Shown here: one piece after another, positions 1-11,400 of the stretch
How positions within the stretch are numbered: position 1 is the stretch's first letter
Layout: every line of letters starts with the position of its first letter
Assembly (NCBI GenBank): GCA_002269645.1
Contig: NIVC01001063.1
Location: 124,001 to 188,000, forward strand
Direction: 5' to 3'
DNA from: Macrostomum lignano
Taxonomy: Eukaryota
DNA length: 64,000 nucleotides
Translations under genes and position numbers: made by a program
Notes under the pieces: model-generated
Seen by the model: the letters and a program-made list of their open reading frames with translations, nothing else
Database searches by the model: none
Told to the model about the DNA's origin: nothing

Positions 1-993
1 ATGTAGCAATTCGCAAACAAGGAAATGAAAATCATAACCAGAATCATTATAAAAATACTGGTATTTCCTCACATCCTTTTCCTTCTTTTGCGTTGCATGA
101 TCTGCATGCTGCCCCGCGATAATTTCCCGTTAGATGACAATGTTCTAGTATCTTATTTTTCTTATTTAACTCTCTGTTGCATAGAAAACAATTTGTTGCA
201 TTCTTGTAATTATCTCTATCCTTTTTAGTCATATTTATCTCCTTTGATAGTTCTTCATATTGACATTGGATTTGCTCAAATATTGTTACTAATGTTTCTG
301 CCATGTGTTTGCCTGAGTCACTACCAAAATGAGTAAATGTCCTCGATTTAAAAACATTATCTGCTACGGAGTCTACATATATACAATAACTATTTGGAAA
401 CTGCTGCGCCAAATTTTTGTGTTTTCAGTTGTTTCTTGTTGTTTGTGGTATTCGAGGGGAATATTTGTTGCTTCAAAATCGGCATATATTACAATTTTGC
501 CGATTTTTGTCATTGTATTTTTTTGATTTTTGATACAATGTTTTTCATCCTCATACTTTGTATAATTAGATATTCTTTCGGGATGTGATGTTACTTGTTC
601 ATGGTACTTATAAATTAGTAAACACCATAATAAACACTTATTATCCATATTCTTGGGGTTTATAATTTTTGGAGATTTAAATCCTAAAAGCAGGTGTGAT
701 ATTCCTTTAAGAATTTCTATGGGAACAATCTTTACTGTGGATGAATTACAAGAAACAAATACAAACCCTGATCCATTTTCTGTCATCTTATCTATCCATT
801 CATCAAACTCTGCTTCTATCTGATCAAATTGATTGTCGTATGTTCCCATGGATAGAAGTGACTTATATGATTCTTGTGAAAAGGTATTTATTACTTCAAT
901 TTCTGAATCTGCACTAATCATATTTGGTTTTTTAAATTCTGTTTCAATTTCTATTTTATACTTAATTGGTTGTCGTTTGTTATTTGGCCTCAT
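1..993 (-). pseudogene. Protein-primed DNA polymerase B (Polinton-type), N-terminal/exonuclease part with frameshifts near 410 and 50
   Basis: KIINPKNMDNKCLLWC motif, ExoI IYADFEA, EndoVII-like Zn insert CFLC..EHCHLTGNYRGAACRSCN, and in a shifted frame below position 50 the ExoII-like YNDSGYDFHFL. Confidence 0.85.
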
Positions 994-1446
994 AGTATAT
1001 CTATCTAGTGTGACGAGTTTATTTAGTTCGAGAACATGGGACTAATGCGCGTGCGCGTGCTGAGTCTTAGTTTTAATCTTTTCCTAGGCGTATTATTAAT
1101 TTAACAGCTCAATTGCTAGTCTGGATAATGGCGGGTAGGTCAGAAACGGTATGGCAATGCCAACTATTTACCAAAGGGTAATCTGAGACGTTAATATAAT
1201 GCTACTGCCGCCAAGCCTACGGGAGCTAAGACCACACACCGCGCGCGAGCAATCACACAAAAACTATCAAGAAGCAAATTTGAATAACCGCACTAATTGA
1301 AAATTAGATAAACAAAATTAAACTAAATGGGAAAGTAACTTAAAAATAGTTATAAAAATTAGACCAAAATAAATATAGTTTTAAATATTAATTGCAAAAA
1401 AACCTTAAATACGAAATTGAACATTTTCAATACAGAAGTGACGACG

Positions 1447-1701
1447 TTACACTAGTATGGACTTTAATTTTTCTTTCATTTGTTTAAAATATTCTTTATC
1501 AGCTGTATTTATTCCAATATCTGTATTTAGTACTTCAGCCCCATTTGCTGGTGGTTGTTCGATTTTATCTAATTGTCTTTGTATATGTATCTGATTTTCT
1601 GCTCTAACTCTAGCTTCTATTTCTGCCCTTTCGGCCATTAGCTGTGCTTCTATTTGAGCTCTAAGTTCTGGGTTGTCGATTTGGGCTAAAAGAGCTTCCA
1701 T
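1447..1701 (-). CDS. Small hypothetical coiled-coil protein of the Polinton segment (84 aa)
   Basis: ATG-started ORF, helical charged composition, co-oriented with neighbours; no recognised domain. Confidence 0.5.
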   Translation of the reverse strand: MEALLAQIDNPELRAQIEAQLMAERAEIEARVRAENQIHIQRQLDKIEQPPANGAEVLNTDIGINTADKEYFKQMKEKLKSILV

Positions 1702-1759
1702 TTTATAGAATAAAATTTAGATAATATTTGACCCTTGCTTTTTTTAATTTTGTGTTTTA

Positions 1760-2698
1760 TTGGTCTAGACCTTCCCCACTGGAACCTATTCGAGTTCCGC
1801 TTTTGGTAACAGCAATCCGCTGCCCGAAACGTTTGCATTTAAAAAGATGCCTGATCCTGCTTTTGGTCTCATTTCAAGATATAGTCCACTTCCATCATGT
1901 TTTTCAATTATATTAAAATCATTTCCCAATTTATTCAAAATCTTTTGAACAGCTGGCAAGTGAAGTGGCCTAAAGTTGGCTCCAATATTGTCAAAAAATC
2001 GCTTTGCTTTTTCAACAGTTTTTCCCAAGGTTTGACCGAATTCATGTAATTTATCTGCTACAATTCCACTTCCGTGGGCGTTCCTTTTAAAATTAAGCCA
2101 TCGCCGTGAGTTGTTCCTTTTAATATTAAACCTTTTCCAGCTGCTAATCTAGCTTCCGCATTTCTTTTTTGCTCTGCTGTTACTGAGCTACTATTAATGG
2201 TATCTATTAGTTTTTGCTTAAATTGAGCATCCTGCGTTATTTGCTGTCTTTGAAATTCGGCATCTCTTTTAGCTTGTTCATCCGCTGCTTTTTTGTCATT
2301 TACGGCTTTTGCTATTCCGGCTGCTCCACCAGCGACTCCTCCAGCTGCGGCAATTCCTCCAAAAATTATTGGGAGCAAAGTTGCAAGTGGTAGTGCACCC
2401 CCCTGTTTTGCTTTTAATTCCGCTAACTGTTTTCGATTGTCATGAATTCTTTTGGCTGCTAATCCAGTTGCCCTGCCGCCCCGAGTCCTAAAAGAATGGG
2501 TAAAATGGATAACAGCCCACCGTCCTTTTTAGTGTGAGTCTCCAATAAGAATTTAACATCAGATTCTGTTAACCTATAGTTTTTACGATTATGCTTAAAT
2601 GAAATGGGTCTGTCTTCTTGTGCATATTTTGCAGCGAGTTTAAAAGTATCAATATCATAATCCAATTTTTTACCTAATCGATCTAATCTTTTTAACAT
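1760..2698 (-). pseudogene. Polinton-type putative virion core/membrane-lytic protein with repeated GxG(L/I) motifs, split by frameshifts
   Basis: Track ORFs 2459-2698, 2058-2378 and 1786-2028 join across frameshifts (..GGLLSILPILLGLG / LPIIFGGIAAAGGVAGG / AHGSGIVADKLHEFGQTLGK..); motifs GKGL, GDGL, GSGI, GSGL, GSGI, GSGL, GEGL. Confidence 0.6.
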
Positions 2699-2806
2699 TG
2701 CGTGGCTATGTTTATTACGCTCGTATCATCTAAATTTAAAGTGTCTACTACCTCTGCTATGAAATATAAACTATTTTCATCATTAACTGGGTCCATTTTT
2801 ATATTA

Positions 2807-3217
2807 CTAAAACTTCTTTAATCCTTTTCCGCCTTTAATTGAGGTTAACATTTTATTAAAATCTTGGATATCTTTATTGCTCAATGGGTTACTTTTAGTA
2901 GGTGTTTCAGTAGGTTGTGCGGCTTGAGCAACTTTTTGTGCTAGCTTTAAATCTTTTATTGCTTTTATTTGCGAGAGGGTGTCGTTAAATTCTCTCAATT
3001 TCTTGAGCTCTTCTGCTGCCTTAGCTGATTCTATTCCACCCTTGACTGCGTTGGTTACAGAGCCTGCTGCTGAGCCTGCTTGTGCTATTAGTGGCATATT
3101 ATCTTTTATTGTATTTGCTGCAGCGCCTATTATGTCGAAAAGACCCTCACCTCTGTATTCTACTGGGTCTCCTATTTGTAATTCATTCAGATTGTATACT
3201 TGCGTATGGTGTGTCAT
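2807..3217 (-). CDS. Polinton-type small protein with GEGL followed by an amphipathic helix (pVI-like), 136 aa
   Basis: RGEGLFDIIGAAANTIK amphipathic segment and C-terminal GGKGLKKF; intact ORF. Confidence 0.6.
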   Translation of the reverse strand: MTHHTQVYNLNELQIGDPVEYRGEGLFDIIGAAANTIKDNMPLIAQAGSAAGSVTNAVKGGIESAKAAEELKKLREFNDTLSQIKAIKDLKLAQKVAQAAQPTETPTKSNPLSNKDIQDFNKMLTSIKGGKGLKKF

Positions 3218-3409
3218 TTTTGTCTATTTTTAGTAACAGAAAAATGAGACGAAGTGGACACAAAAAGGGTAGACATAAAGATTGTTTATTTTTTCAATCC
3301 AAAGATAGTAATAACTTAGTTTGAATACAGAGATATTTTATATTTTACTTTTGTGAGCCTTTTTTAAGAGAGATATTTGTCAATATGTCATTGATTCTTT
3401 TCCTCTTTC

Positions 3410-4049
3410 TCAATCAACATTCATTGATTCGGCGCGACAGTTCAGGCAGGTTAATGCACCATTCACCGATGCTTGTAGGTGACACACTTGACATAGCATT
3501 ACCCGACAACATGTCATACTAATGGGTGTGGTTGGTGGGTGGTGGCAGATTGGGCAGACTGGTTCCTTGTTTACTTGTGTGGGCTGATCTTGGTTTTGTG
3601 AAGTCATAGCTTGAGTTGGTTGATCTTGGTTTTGTAGAGTCGTAGCTTGAGTTGGTTCTTGGTTTTGTGGAGTCGTAGCTTGAGTTGGTTCTTGGTTTTG
3701 TAGAGTCGTAGCTTGAGTTGGTTCTTGGTTTTGTGGAGTCGTAGCTTGAGTTGGTTCTTGGTTTTGTGGAGTCGTAGCTTGAGTTGGTTCTTGGTTTTGT
3801 GGAGTCATAGCTTGAGTTGGTTGACCTTGGTTTTGTGGAGTCATAGCTTGAGTTGCTTCATCTTGGATCTCTTCCATGAACTCATCCACTCGTCTCTGTG
3901 CCTCCTGACACGCTTGTGGCTGTTGATGATATTTCTAAAATATAAATTAGTAAGTGTTTATTAGCTAGATGTAGTTATTAAATGAATATGATTTTATTTA
4001 TTACCTTTATTACGTTGATAAATCTTTCTTCGTTTCTCCACGTTGTCAT
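3410..4049 (-). CDS. Spliced RING-finger protein with a 9-aa tandem repeat, 189 aa; exons 4049-4005 and 3934-3410
   Basis: C-terminal CPICHHP..MTCCRVMLCQVC..CLNC RING-like motif; 70-nt GT..AG intron (4004-3935) with CTAAT branch site joins MTTWRNEERFINVIK in frame to KYHQQPQ; 27-nt repeats encode T(T/M)(P/L)QNQEPTQA. Confidence 0.7.
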
Positions 4050-4563
4050 TCTTACATTAATAAAATTATTAAGCTCGATGTAACGAAACATGGAGTTTTG
4101 GTGGTGCCGTCGAAGAGTTTGGGTTCGAGTTGCAAGTATTTGCCTGGCGGCTCTTAAACGCTCATTGCATTGAGGGTGCTATATGATGGCATTTTCAATC
4201 GCTGTGAGCATTAGTGGATGAATTCATTTTTGCGCTTCGTGATAAGATTGAGTTCTTTTTATAAGCATATATATAACATTTGGCTGCGTGGGTGGGGTGA
4301 TGAATGCCCACATTCCATGAAGACCAGATTTTTTAAAACGAAAAATCTGGCCTTAATGGAATGTTGAGTGCGTGGGTGAGCTGGCTAAAAATAGCTTCTA
4401 TTCTTTCTCTACCATTTCAGACCCTTTGCGCCTGCGGCGCGGACTGGGGTTAAGAGTGTTAATTAGTGTTGGAAGTGATGGTTAGTGTTTGGAAGAAATA
4501 GATGAGACTGAGAGTAGTATGTAAAAGTACGTTTATAGGACTGTGCACCAATCAAACAATGGA

Positions 4564-4724
4564 TTTGAAGGTCTAGAGGGGGGATACAAGGGGGAAGATT
4601 CTGATGGGCAAACATGATTGGTGTGTTTATTGTGTTTTTTGATTTTTTCGATTGTTGGTGTGATTGGATGTGTTGGTTGGTGTTTTTTTGATTCCTCCTC
4701 GTATCCCCCCTCTAGAGCTTCAAA
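4564..4724. repeat. 33-bp inverted repeat (30/33 identical) around a 95-nt T/G-rich spacer
   Basis: 4564-4596 tttgaaggtctagaggggggatacaagggggaa versus reverse complement of 4692-4724. Confidence 0.9.
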
Positions 4725-5162
4725 TGTGCTGTTTAATTGGTGTCATCTGTCCTAGACTCGTACTTTTACATACTATTGTTGCTTTGTGGGAGTCGTTGCT
4801 CGTGGATAGTGCTATGTTTGCATTTAGTTTGTGCTGCTGTTGTTCTATCCACGTTGACAAGTCTTGTTCGGGCCACTTCTGGTCATTAGTTCCGGCGTGA
4901 GATGTTGATTTGAAAAGGGGTTGAACTATAGGACACGGTGTCTGGGTATCTTCGTCTCCCAGGATGCAGTCATCTAGCGTATCGAGTTGTCGGTCATACA
5001 TATGGTATATTGAGTAGTTTTTAGAGGGGTTAAATTAAGTGTTGATATTTGAGTAAATAGTTAATGTGAGTTTCTAATTCTAGTGTGCTCAGCACGCCAA
5101 CGAATGAATACGTAAATCAAATAGTCATTATAGTCTTTGTACTCTCCCCCCATCTCCTGACA

Positions 5163-6286
5163 TCATTTGTCTGGGAGTATGGGTTTGCTCCTCAGATTGT
5201 ACTTCTTTCGAACTGTGTCCGCGAGCGTCTTATCGTCAGCTTGTACGCCCAATTCCTTACTGAACAGTTGCCTGTGTTGGCGTTGCATTCTTCGCGGATC
5301 ACTTGGTCGCAGATCGGGGAGCAGTACCTTGAGTGTTGGCGATGCTATTGGCTTTAGCCTGTCCGTGTGTACCTGGAAAGATTCTTGCGTCGGATCGTCG
5401 ATTTTCCTTATTATGACGGACGTGGCATTGTTTCTTTTCACGATTTCGTATGGGCCCGTAAAGCTTGGTGCTTTCCCTGTCTCATTGGGATCTGTAGCAT
5501 GACTCTGGTTCCAATAGCTAGTGTAGGGGCCATTCGATTTTTGTTAGCTCTGCTGGTATTTTTTTCCTGAGCCACTTTGAGGTGGTGTGGGATTGGGTAC
5601 CATTTGTTAAGCTTGATCTCCACGTTAGGCTTAATGTGAAGCTCCTGTTTCGCTACGTCTGTGTATCCTAGTTCATCCTCGGATAGACAAAAGGCTTTCT
5701 TGTTGTCCCAAAGAACCTTAATCAGCTGTTCTTTCTGGGATTCTGTCAGGTTGGATCCTTCGAAATCACTGGCGTTCTTAAACTCTTGTTCCGTCATCGT
5801 TGGGGTTTCTGGTTGAATTTTGGCTATTTCAAAAGCTTGGATTTCTGTGTCGAAAGATCCTATGTTGGTGTCTGGATATAGCGTCATAGGGGTTGAAGAT
5901 TCGTTTGAAATGATGACTTGACCCTCTCCTGTCTCGTCAGGGTATACCAATTCGGGTGTGAGGCAGATGGGTTTCTTCTCCAGGATTCGTTCGTTGTGTT
6001 CGAAAAGCATGGCTGGAGGTAGTTTTTCTCTAGCGATGGCTTTTGCGGGGATTCGAGTTGTTTCCCATGGGTTAAGATTGACTGTGGAAACTAATCTGAT
6101 GCAGTTAACGGGTTTTTTCAAAGTGATAGCAGGGATTTCATAGCATTTCCCGTTGAGATGGATATTCTGTTGCGGATAGTTTATGAGCATGCCCTGATTT
6201 AGTTGGGACAGGTAATCGATGCCTAATAAGTCTTGGTAAGTTCCGGAACTCAAATTAGGAAGAACATGGAAGAACAGGAAGAGCAA
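5163..6286 (-). pseudogene. Ty3/Gypsy pol fragment B: protease C-end, dUTPase-like linker, RT N-end fused to integrase C-terminal region
   Basis: LLGIDYL protease end; NLTESQKEQLIKVLWDNKKAF..WYPIPHHLK RT start; then VAQEKNTSRANK..IGTRVMLQ..VHTDRLKP..KYNLRSK integrase C-terminus; PPT-like tract at 5142-5157. Confidence 0.85.
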
Positions 6287-6896
6287 GCATGTAGGCTGTT
6301 AGTCGGCTCATTGTAGCTGGTGAGTTAGAAATTCACATAGGACTTCTTTGGTAAGCGAAGACTTCTCCTTTGTACGTCTTGAAGGCTGTGTATTGTTTGG
6401 ACTCTTCTTCTAGCTCGATTTGTCAAAATCCATGACGTAGATCGAAGACTGTGAAGAGTGTTGCTGTGTTGAGTCTTGCCAGAAGTTCTGAAATCTTGGG
6501 TAGACTTTGTTGGTCTGTCGGGATGTACTTGTTTAGGACTCCAAAATCGCAGACAAGTCTTCTCTCGTTTGTTTCTTTCTTTTCTACAAGCAAGCATGGC
6601 GAAGAATAGGCTGAAACTGTTCTTTTGATGATACCGGCTTTGAGCATTTTCTCGATGATCTCGTCAAAGTGTTGTTGCAAGTGCTTCGCAATCGGATATG
6701 GTTTGCACTGAATTGGTTCCTGGTGTGGTAGCAAGGTGATCTTCTGTTTGATGTCTTTGGCTCGTCCAATGTCGTAGTCGTGGTGGCAGAAAACGTCGTT
6801 GTACTTCCATACAAGATCGTTAACTTGGTTTTTCTGTTCTTCGGTGATTGGACTTTGTGACAGATCGATTTGTTCTAGGAATTTTTGCCTTGGCAA
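6250..6896 (-). pseudogene. Ty3/Gypsy pol fragment A: RT N-terminal half with premature stops
   Basis: SAYSSPCLLVEKK..RRLVCDFGVLN..FTVFDLRHGF*QIEL..TAFKT..QRSPM*ISNSPATM; both stops are TGA at expected W and G codons; breaks off before YxDD. Confidence 0.9.
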
Positions 6897-7784
6897 TGTT
6901 GTCGATGTTGATTTGAAGAGTTGATTCGAGGAGGTGATCAGTCACCCGAAAACTCCCACTTCCAGACCCTAAGCCTGGGAACAAAATCAGTGATCACTTA
7001 CTGTTGCGGGCTCCTCTTCTTTGTCGCGCGTGTCTGTAGAGCTCGTCTCCGTAGAGCTGTTCCTCCTGGGGTGGTCTTCTTGAAGTCTAGAATCGGCCGA
7101 AAGCGAGAGCGTAACAATAAAATTGACATCGCAGTATTCCTCGAGTGCAGAAATCAATGTCAACGATGCGCCCTAATAACAAAATCAACATCTATAACAA
7201 TACGAGGTCCTCCAGAAAGGGCGTCTTCTTCTAGAACTAACGGAATCGGAGTCGTGTGCTCCTATCGGTTAATCTAGGATAATCCAAAATCAATAACTCG
7301 ATAATCCTCTAAGGGTATCGGAATCGGTCCGCAGATACTATCCAATCCCTTAGGAAAAGGGAGGCCTCAAACTCAATAGACTCAGTACAATCAACTGAAC
7401 AGTAACGGCCGGCAATAACAATCGCTCTCAAATAATCAAAATAACGAAGACTCAATCAAAGCTTACCAATTGGTATTTAATCTCTTCCTCAGAGATATAG
7501 CCTCGTTTGGATGCTCTCTTGCAAAGCCCAAGATCTTTGGAGGCTGCTCCGAGTCTGAGATTTCAGCTCGGATTTCACGTTTGTATTTATACACCATTTG
7601 TCGGCCTTGAGTCGACCTTGAGCTCAGAACCGGTTTTTTATGAGTTCACGAAAGAAATTTTATTATTTGACAGGTGGGGTTTTTGAATAGAAAAGGGTGA
7701 GACTTGGGTCACATTTAGGTTAACATTTACCATATTTGGAAGTTCTAAAAATAGATGTCGAGAACCGGTTTTTCGAACAATTGA

Positions 7785-10062
7785 TGTAACCACGCTCTGG
7801 TCGCGGGATAGGGCATGGGAACTTTCTCGAAAGTGCCTCCTATCCCGTGCACCCCCTGCACAGAGCTGTCGAGACTCGGCCAGGTCTCCGACCAGGCCTG
7901 GAGACTCCCGCTCTGCTGCACCCCTCCTGCTGCCTTGGTTCCGTCTCCCCTGCCGCCACACCTGCCTTTCCGGAGCTCCCCACCCCTCTCTGTATCTCCC
8001 CCTCTACCCTATCTCTTCTGTTTTTCGCCCTATTCTTCCTGTACTTTCCCTATCCCCCCTCTTTTCGTCTCCCTCTGCACTCTTTTCCTGTGTCTACACA
8101 GGATCTGCAGTGTCCTGTCCTGCAGTGTCCTGTGTCCCCTCTTTCCCTGTGTCTACTTACAGTATTTTGTGTGCTCACCGTCTCCCTATCCCCTCTCAAA
8201 CTCCCAAACGGTGACGCAAGTCGTGTGACCCCTTCCCCCCTCGGTGACTCATCGATGACTCATCCCCCTCTCTTGCGCAACCTTTTCTCACGCTATTGTT
8301 CTCCTTCCCAAATTTCTCATGCGACACCCACCCCACCTCCACTTCTATTGTTCTCGTTTTTGATTCTTTTGTTCTCTCGACCCCCACCAATTATCACATT
8401 TTCTCCGATTTTCTCTTTCTTTTGTTCTCGTTTTCGCACCTAATTATCACCTTTTCCTCAATGTTTACTTTTCCATTGTTCTCAGTTCTCCCCAATTATC
8501 CCCGATTTCCAATTCCTTTGTTCTCGACCCCAGCCCTATTGTTCTCAATGTTTGCTTGCGCAACACTTTCGCGACCACCCGCTGCGCCAATTATCCCCCC
8601 ACCCCACCTCCGGATTGCGCAATTTCCCGATTTCTCATGTTGCTATGCCGGTCTCATGCTTCTCATCATGACTCATTCTGACGTCATTCTGCCGGCAGCC
8701 AATCAGAGAGAGGGAGCCATGGTAACGACCTTGAGGAGGCGGCTGTGAGGTCTATAAAAGGAAGCGATTTCGGCAGGAGAATCCTCAACCTTTCGGCTCC
8801 TCGTCCTTCTTTGGACTTGCTGTCAGACTGAGTTCTGACCCATTCGTCTATAAGACGAATCCCTGCCGGTCCGCGGTCTGTTACCGCCAAGTTATCCTTA
8901 GCTCCCCAAGTGAGCTCGCCTATCGGCCAGCGGTCTGAAACCGCCCAGCATCATCAGCATCACCTGATCTACATCAGCGCCTCGTCGCTCCAGCGCATCG
9001 CCGCTTCACCGTCTGCCTGACTGCAGCCTACAGCCGCCCTCGGTCACTCCGCCTCTCTCTCTCTCTGTGCAGCTGCCGGTAAGTTCCTGTTACTAATTTG
9101 TGCTCTAATTACCTTTGCTTATCCGGGGTTTGCCTATTTTCCATTGTCTGATTAGAGAGCTGAGCCAATTGTGATACCGTAACTTATTGCTGTATTTTAC
9201 TCAACAGTGAAGCCGCCTAATTGCCTGATTATTCGCCTAAGGGCCTAATTATTAACTATTAACTAACCCCATCATTATTCACTCTTTCACCATCATTTCA
9301 CTCATGGCTTGCTAAGCCTTTCTCCCGGGGTGGCAAAGCATAAGGAAGTTTGGGTAAGCAAATGGCCTCTCCCCGTGCAAAGCCCGCCTGTGAGTGCGTG
9401 CTGCGGGGCCGCGTGTGCGTGCAGTAGAGGGATTAGCGAGTCTTGGCACAGAATGGCAGTAGGAAGGTTGCAACCCCATGCTGACGCGTCCCTTCGCCCT
9501 GAGCAATCTAAACTATAGACAGTACATGTTCGTCTCATACTACTCTTAGTAATCAAAGTCGCAAGTCAGCCTCGCTCACAGCCACAAAGGATCCCCTGCT
9601 GAGAAATTCTCCAGATTGAGCCCAGAGTTCCCGATCATGCCCCAAGCAGAGTCCCTGTACTCGGCTGCATGTGTCTCCCCTGTTAGCCTAAATCTCCTGG
9701 TAACCATCCCAGGCGGGGCTCTAGCCTCGAGAGGTCTGGTAGAAAGATCCAGGTGCGCCAGGTCACATAGAGTGGTGGCAGCCACTCAGTCATACTATGA
9801 CCGAGTGACCAACTATTGCACCTTGGCTACAGGTGGGGTCCATGTGGGTCCTTGGCCCTCTGGTCACAAAGCGCTACCAAAGCTATCAATCATGTGGGCG
9901 GGACAGTCTGGTGCTGGAGGTCCGTCAGGTCATTGCCCGGTCATAGGCAGCCTACGGTCATTGCCCCCTCTAGTCATGCGTTCGTCTCTCTACGGAGCGG
10001 ACAGGCGACAAGGGCGGTTACATCACAATAGCATAGTCACTCGCTGTTTACGTGATATTACA
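7785..10062 (+). mobile_element. Solo-LTR-like insertion (TGTAA...TTACA), about 2.28 kb
   Basis: TG..CA ends with 5-bp terminal inverted match, internal Pol II promoter motifs, interrupts a sequence that is continuous at 19.2-19.4 kb; no TSD visible. Confidence 0.5.
8679..9085 (+). promoter_or_regulatory. Pol II promoter cassette: TGACGTCA, CCAAT, TATA and downstream splice donor
   Basis: tgacgtca near 8680, gccaatcag near 8698, ctataaaag near 8753, CCG|GTAAGT at 9079. Confidence 0.5.
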
Positions 10063-11089
10063 AAAAATAGAGTATGACGCATAGTTATTTTTTAATTTGT
10101 ATTCATAGTTTTATCTTATTACTTTTAGTAGGCTACTATGTCTGGAGATCTCTACAGGTTCATCTTTATCTTCATTTTTATACATATTAACATGATTCAA
10201 GTTTAACTTCTGCTGCAACTTTTTGCGCTGCTCTACTTACAGTAGCATTTTTAATGTATCTCTGCAGTTTAATATATTTGTCATGCCGCAGCCCTGCACT
10301 CACTTGCTGTTGTTAAACGGGGTGCCTAGCAGTGCCGGGTGCTCGCGCACTGTGCTCCTTATTGTACTCTCTACCCCCGGCTTACCTCCCCCTTTTATGC
10401 CTGTTATGCCCACGTGGCCGCACATGAATGGCTGAGGAATGAAGGCCCAAATATATATAGGCGCTCTCGCCCTACGTGGAGGGCCAAGCGTTTTTGCACT
10501 GCAAATACAATTTATTACAATAATGAGCATCACTCAAGCAGGTTCCGATACGCGGTGATAATTTGAACATATATAAGGAGGCTTTCTTGTGAGGCCAGAC
10601 AGACACAGGATATTCGAACAACTTCGCCATGTGTGCCAAGCAAAACACGTAGGACAGTCCTTCTATATTACTCTATTAGGTCGTATCACATTCGTTACTT
10701 CGGTTTAATTTTTTGGGAAAGCTAATACCTTCACGCATATGTCTCTACAACCCTTTAAATTATTTTGAGTACTTATTACAAGCAGTGTTCTACAAGCAGC
10801 CTGCCTGTGGAAGCCCTACCTAGAGTAATTTCAGCAGAGTTCAAGGATGCATCTGAGCATGCGTACTGAGCATGCGTATATGTTTGTATATTTGAGCATG
10901 CGTACTGACGGACAGAAAAGCAAAGACAGAGATTTATGCTTCACTAAATAAAAAGGTTTCGTATTATTTTGATTTTGGTTTCTTTTGGCGAGCTCAGGGG
11001 CTTTGCTGTCTGTAATTTTCCTTTGTCCTTTATGACACTTTAGGCTAATTGTTCAAAGTGGCTTTTTTATCTGTTTTTTGCACAGCGAC

Positions 11090-11400
11090 AGCGGCATGAC
11101 GACGGCGACATAAAGTCAGTGATTCGAATACAGCGACCTGAGGACAACGACTCAAGCACAGCGACTCCAGCACAGCGACTCAAGGACAGCAACTCAAACA
11201 CAGCGACTTGAGGACAGCGACTCGAGCACGGTGACTCGAGCACAGCGACTCGAAGACAGCGACTCGAGGACTGCGACTCAAGGACTGCAACTCAAAGACA
11301 GCGACTCGAGGACTGCGACTCGAGGTCTGCGACTCGAGGACTGCAACTCAAAGACAGCGACTCGAGGACTGCGACTCGAGGACTGCAACTCAAAGACAGT
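11090..11400 (+). repeat. 14-bp minisatellite (cagcgactcgagga variants)
   Basis: Direct reading of tandem units. Confidence 0.9.

Larger units (their letters stand above)
1..4049 (-). mobile_element. Polinton/Maverick (adintovirus-like) element segment, degenerate, running off the left edge
   Basis: Co-oriented minus-strand cluster: N-terminal part of a protein-primed PolB, small ORFs rich in GxG(L/I) motifs, AT-rich compact layout. No TIR found; inclusion of the RING gene is by position only. Confidence 0.8.
7480..10366 (-). mobile_element. LTR-like sequence interrupted by a 2.28 kb insertion
   Basis: Minus-strand TATAAATA near 7590 and GGTAAGC donor at 7467; flanks 7480-7780 and 10063-10130 are collinear with the related sequence at 19030-19400; PPT-like tract at 10367-10378. 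Confidence 0.45.

Noticed and set aside
4446-4453. GGGG|TTAA as piggyBac end
   Set aside because: No matching opposite end or transposase seen.
4513-4518. AGTAGT as Polinton terminus
   Set aside because: Wrong orientation for a right end and no TIR partner in the window.
4720-5001. 93-aa minus-strand ORF as RNase H or integrase piece
   Set aside because: No diagnostic motif that can be supported by eye.
4400-7800. A full-length Gypsy element with paired LTRs
   Set aside because: No matching LTR pair, PBS, gag or TSD could be found.
6921-10077. Plus-strand ORFs such as 6921-7277, 7847-8443 and 9616-10077
   Set aside because: No recognisable domains, compositionally biased, inside LTR or leader-like DNA.
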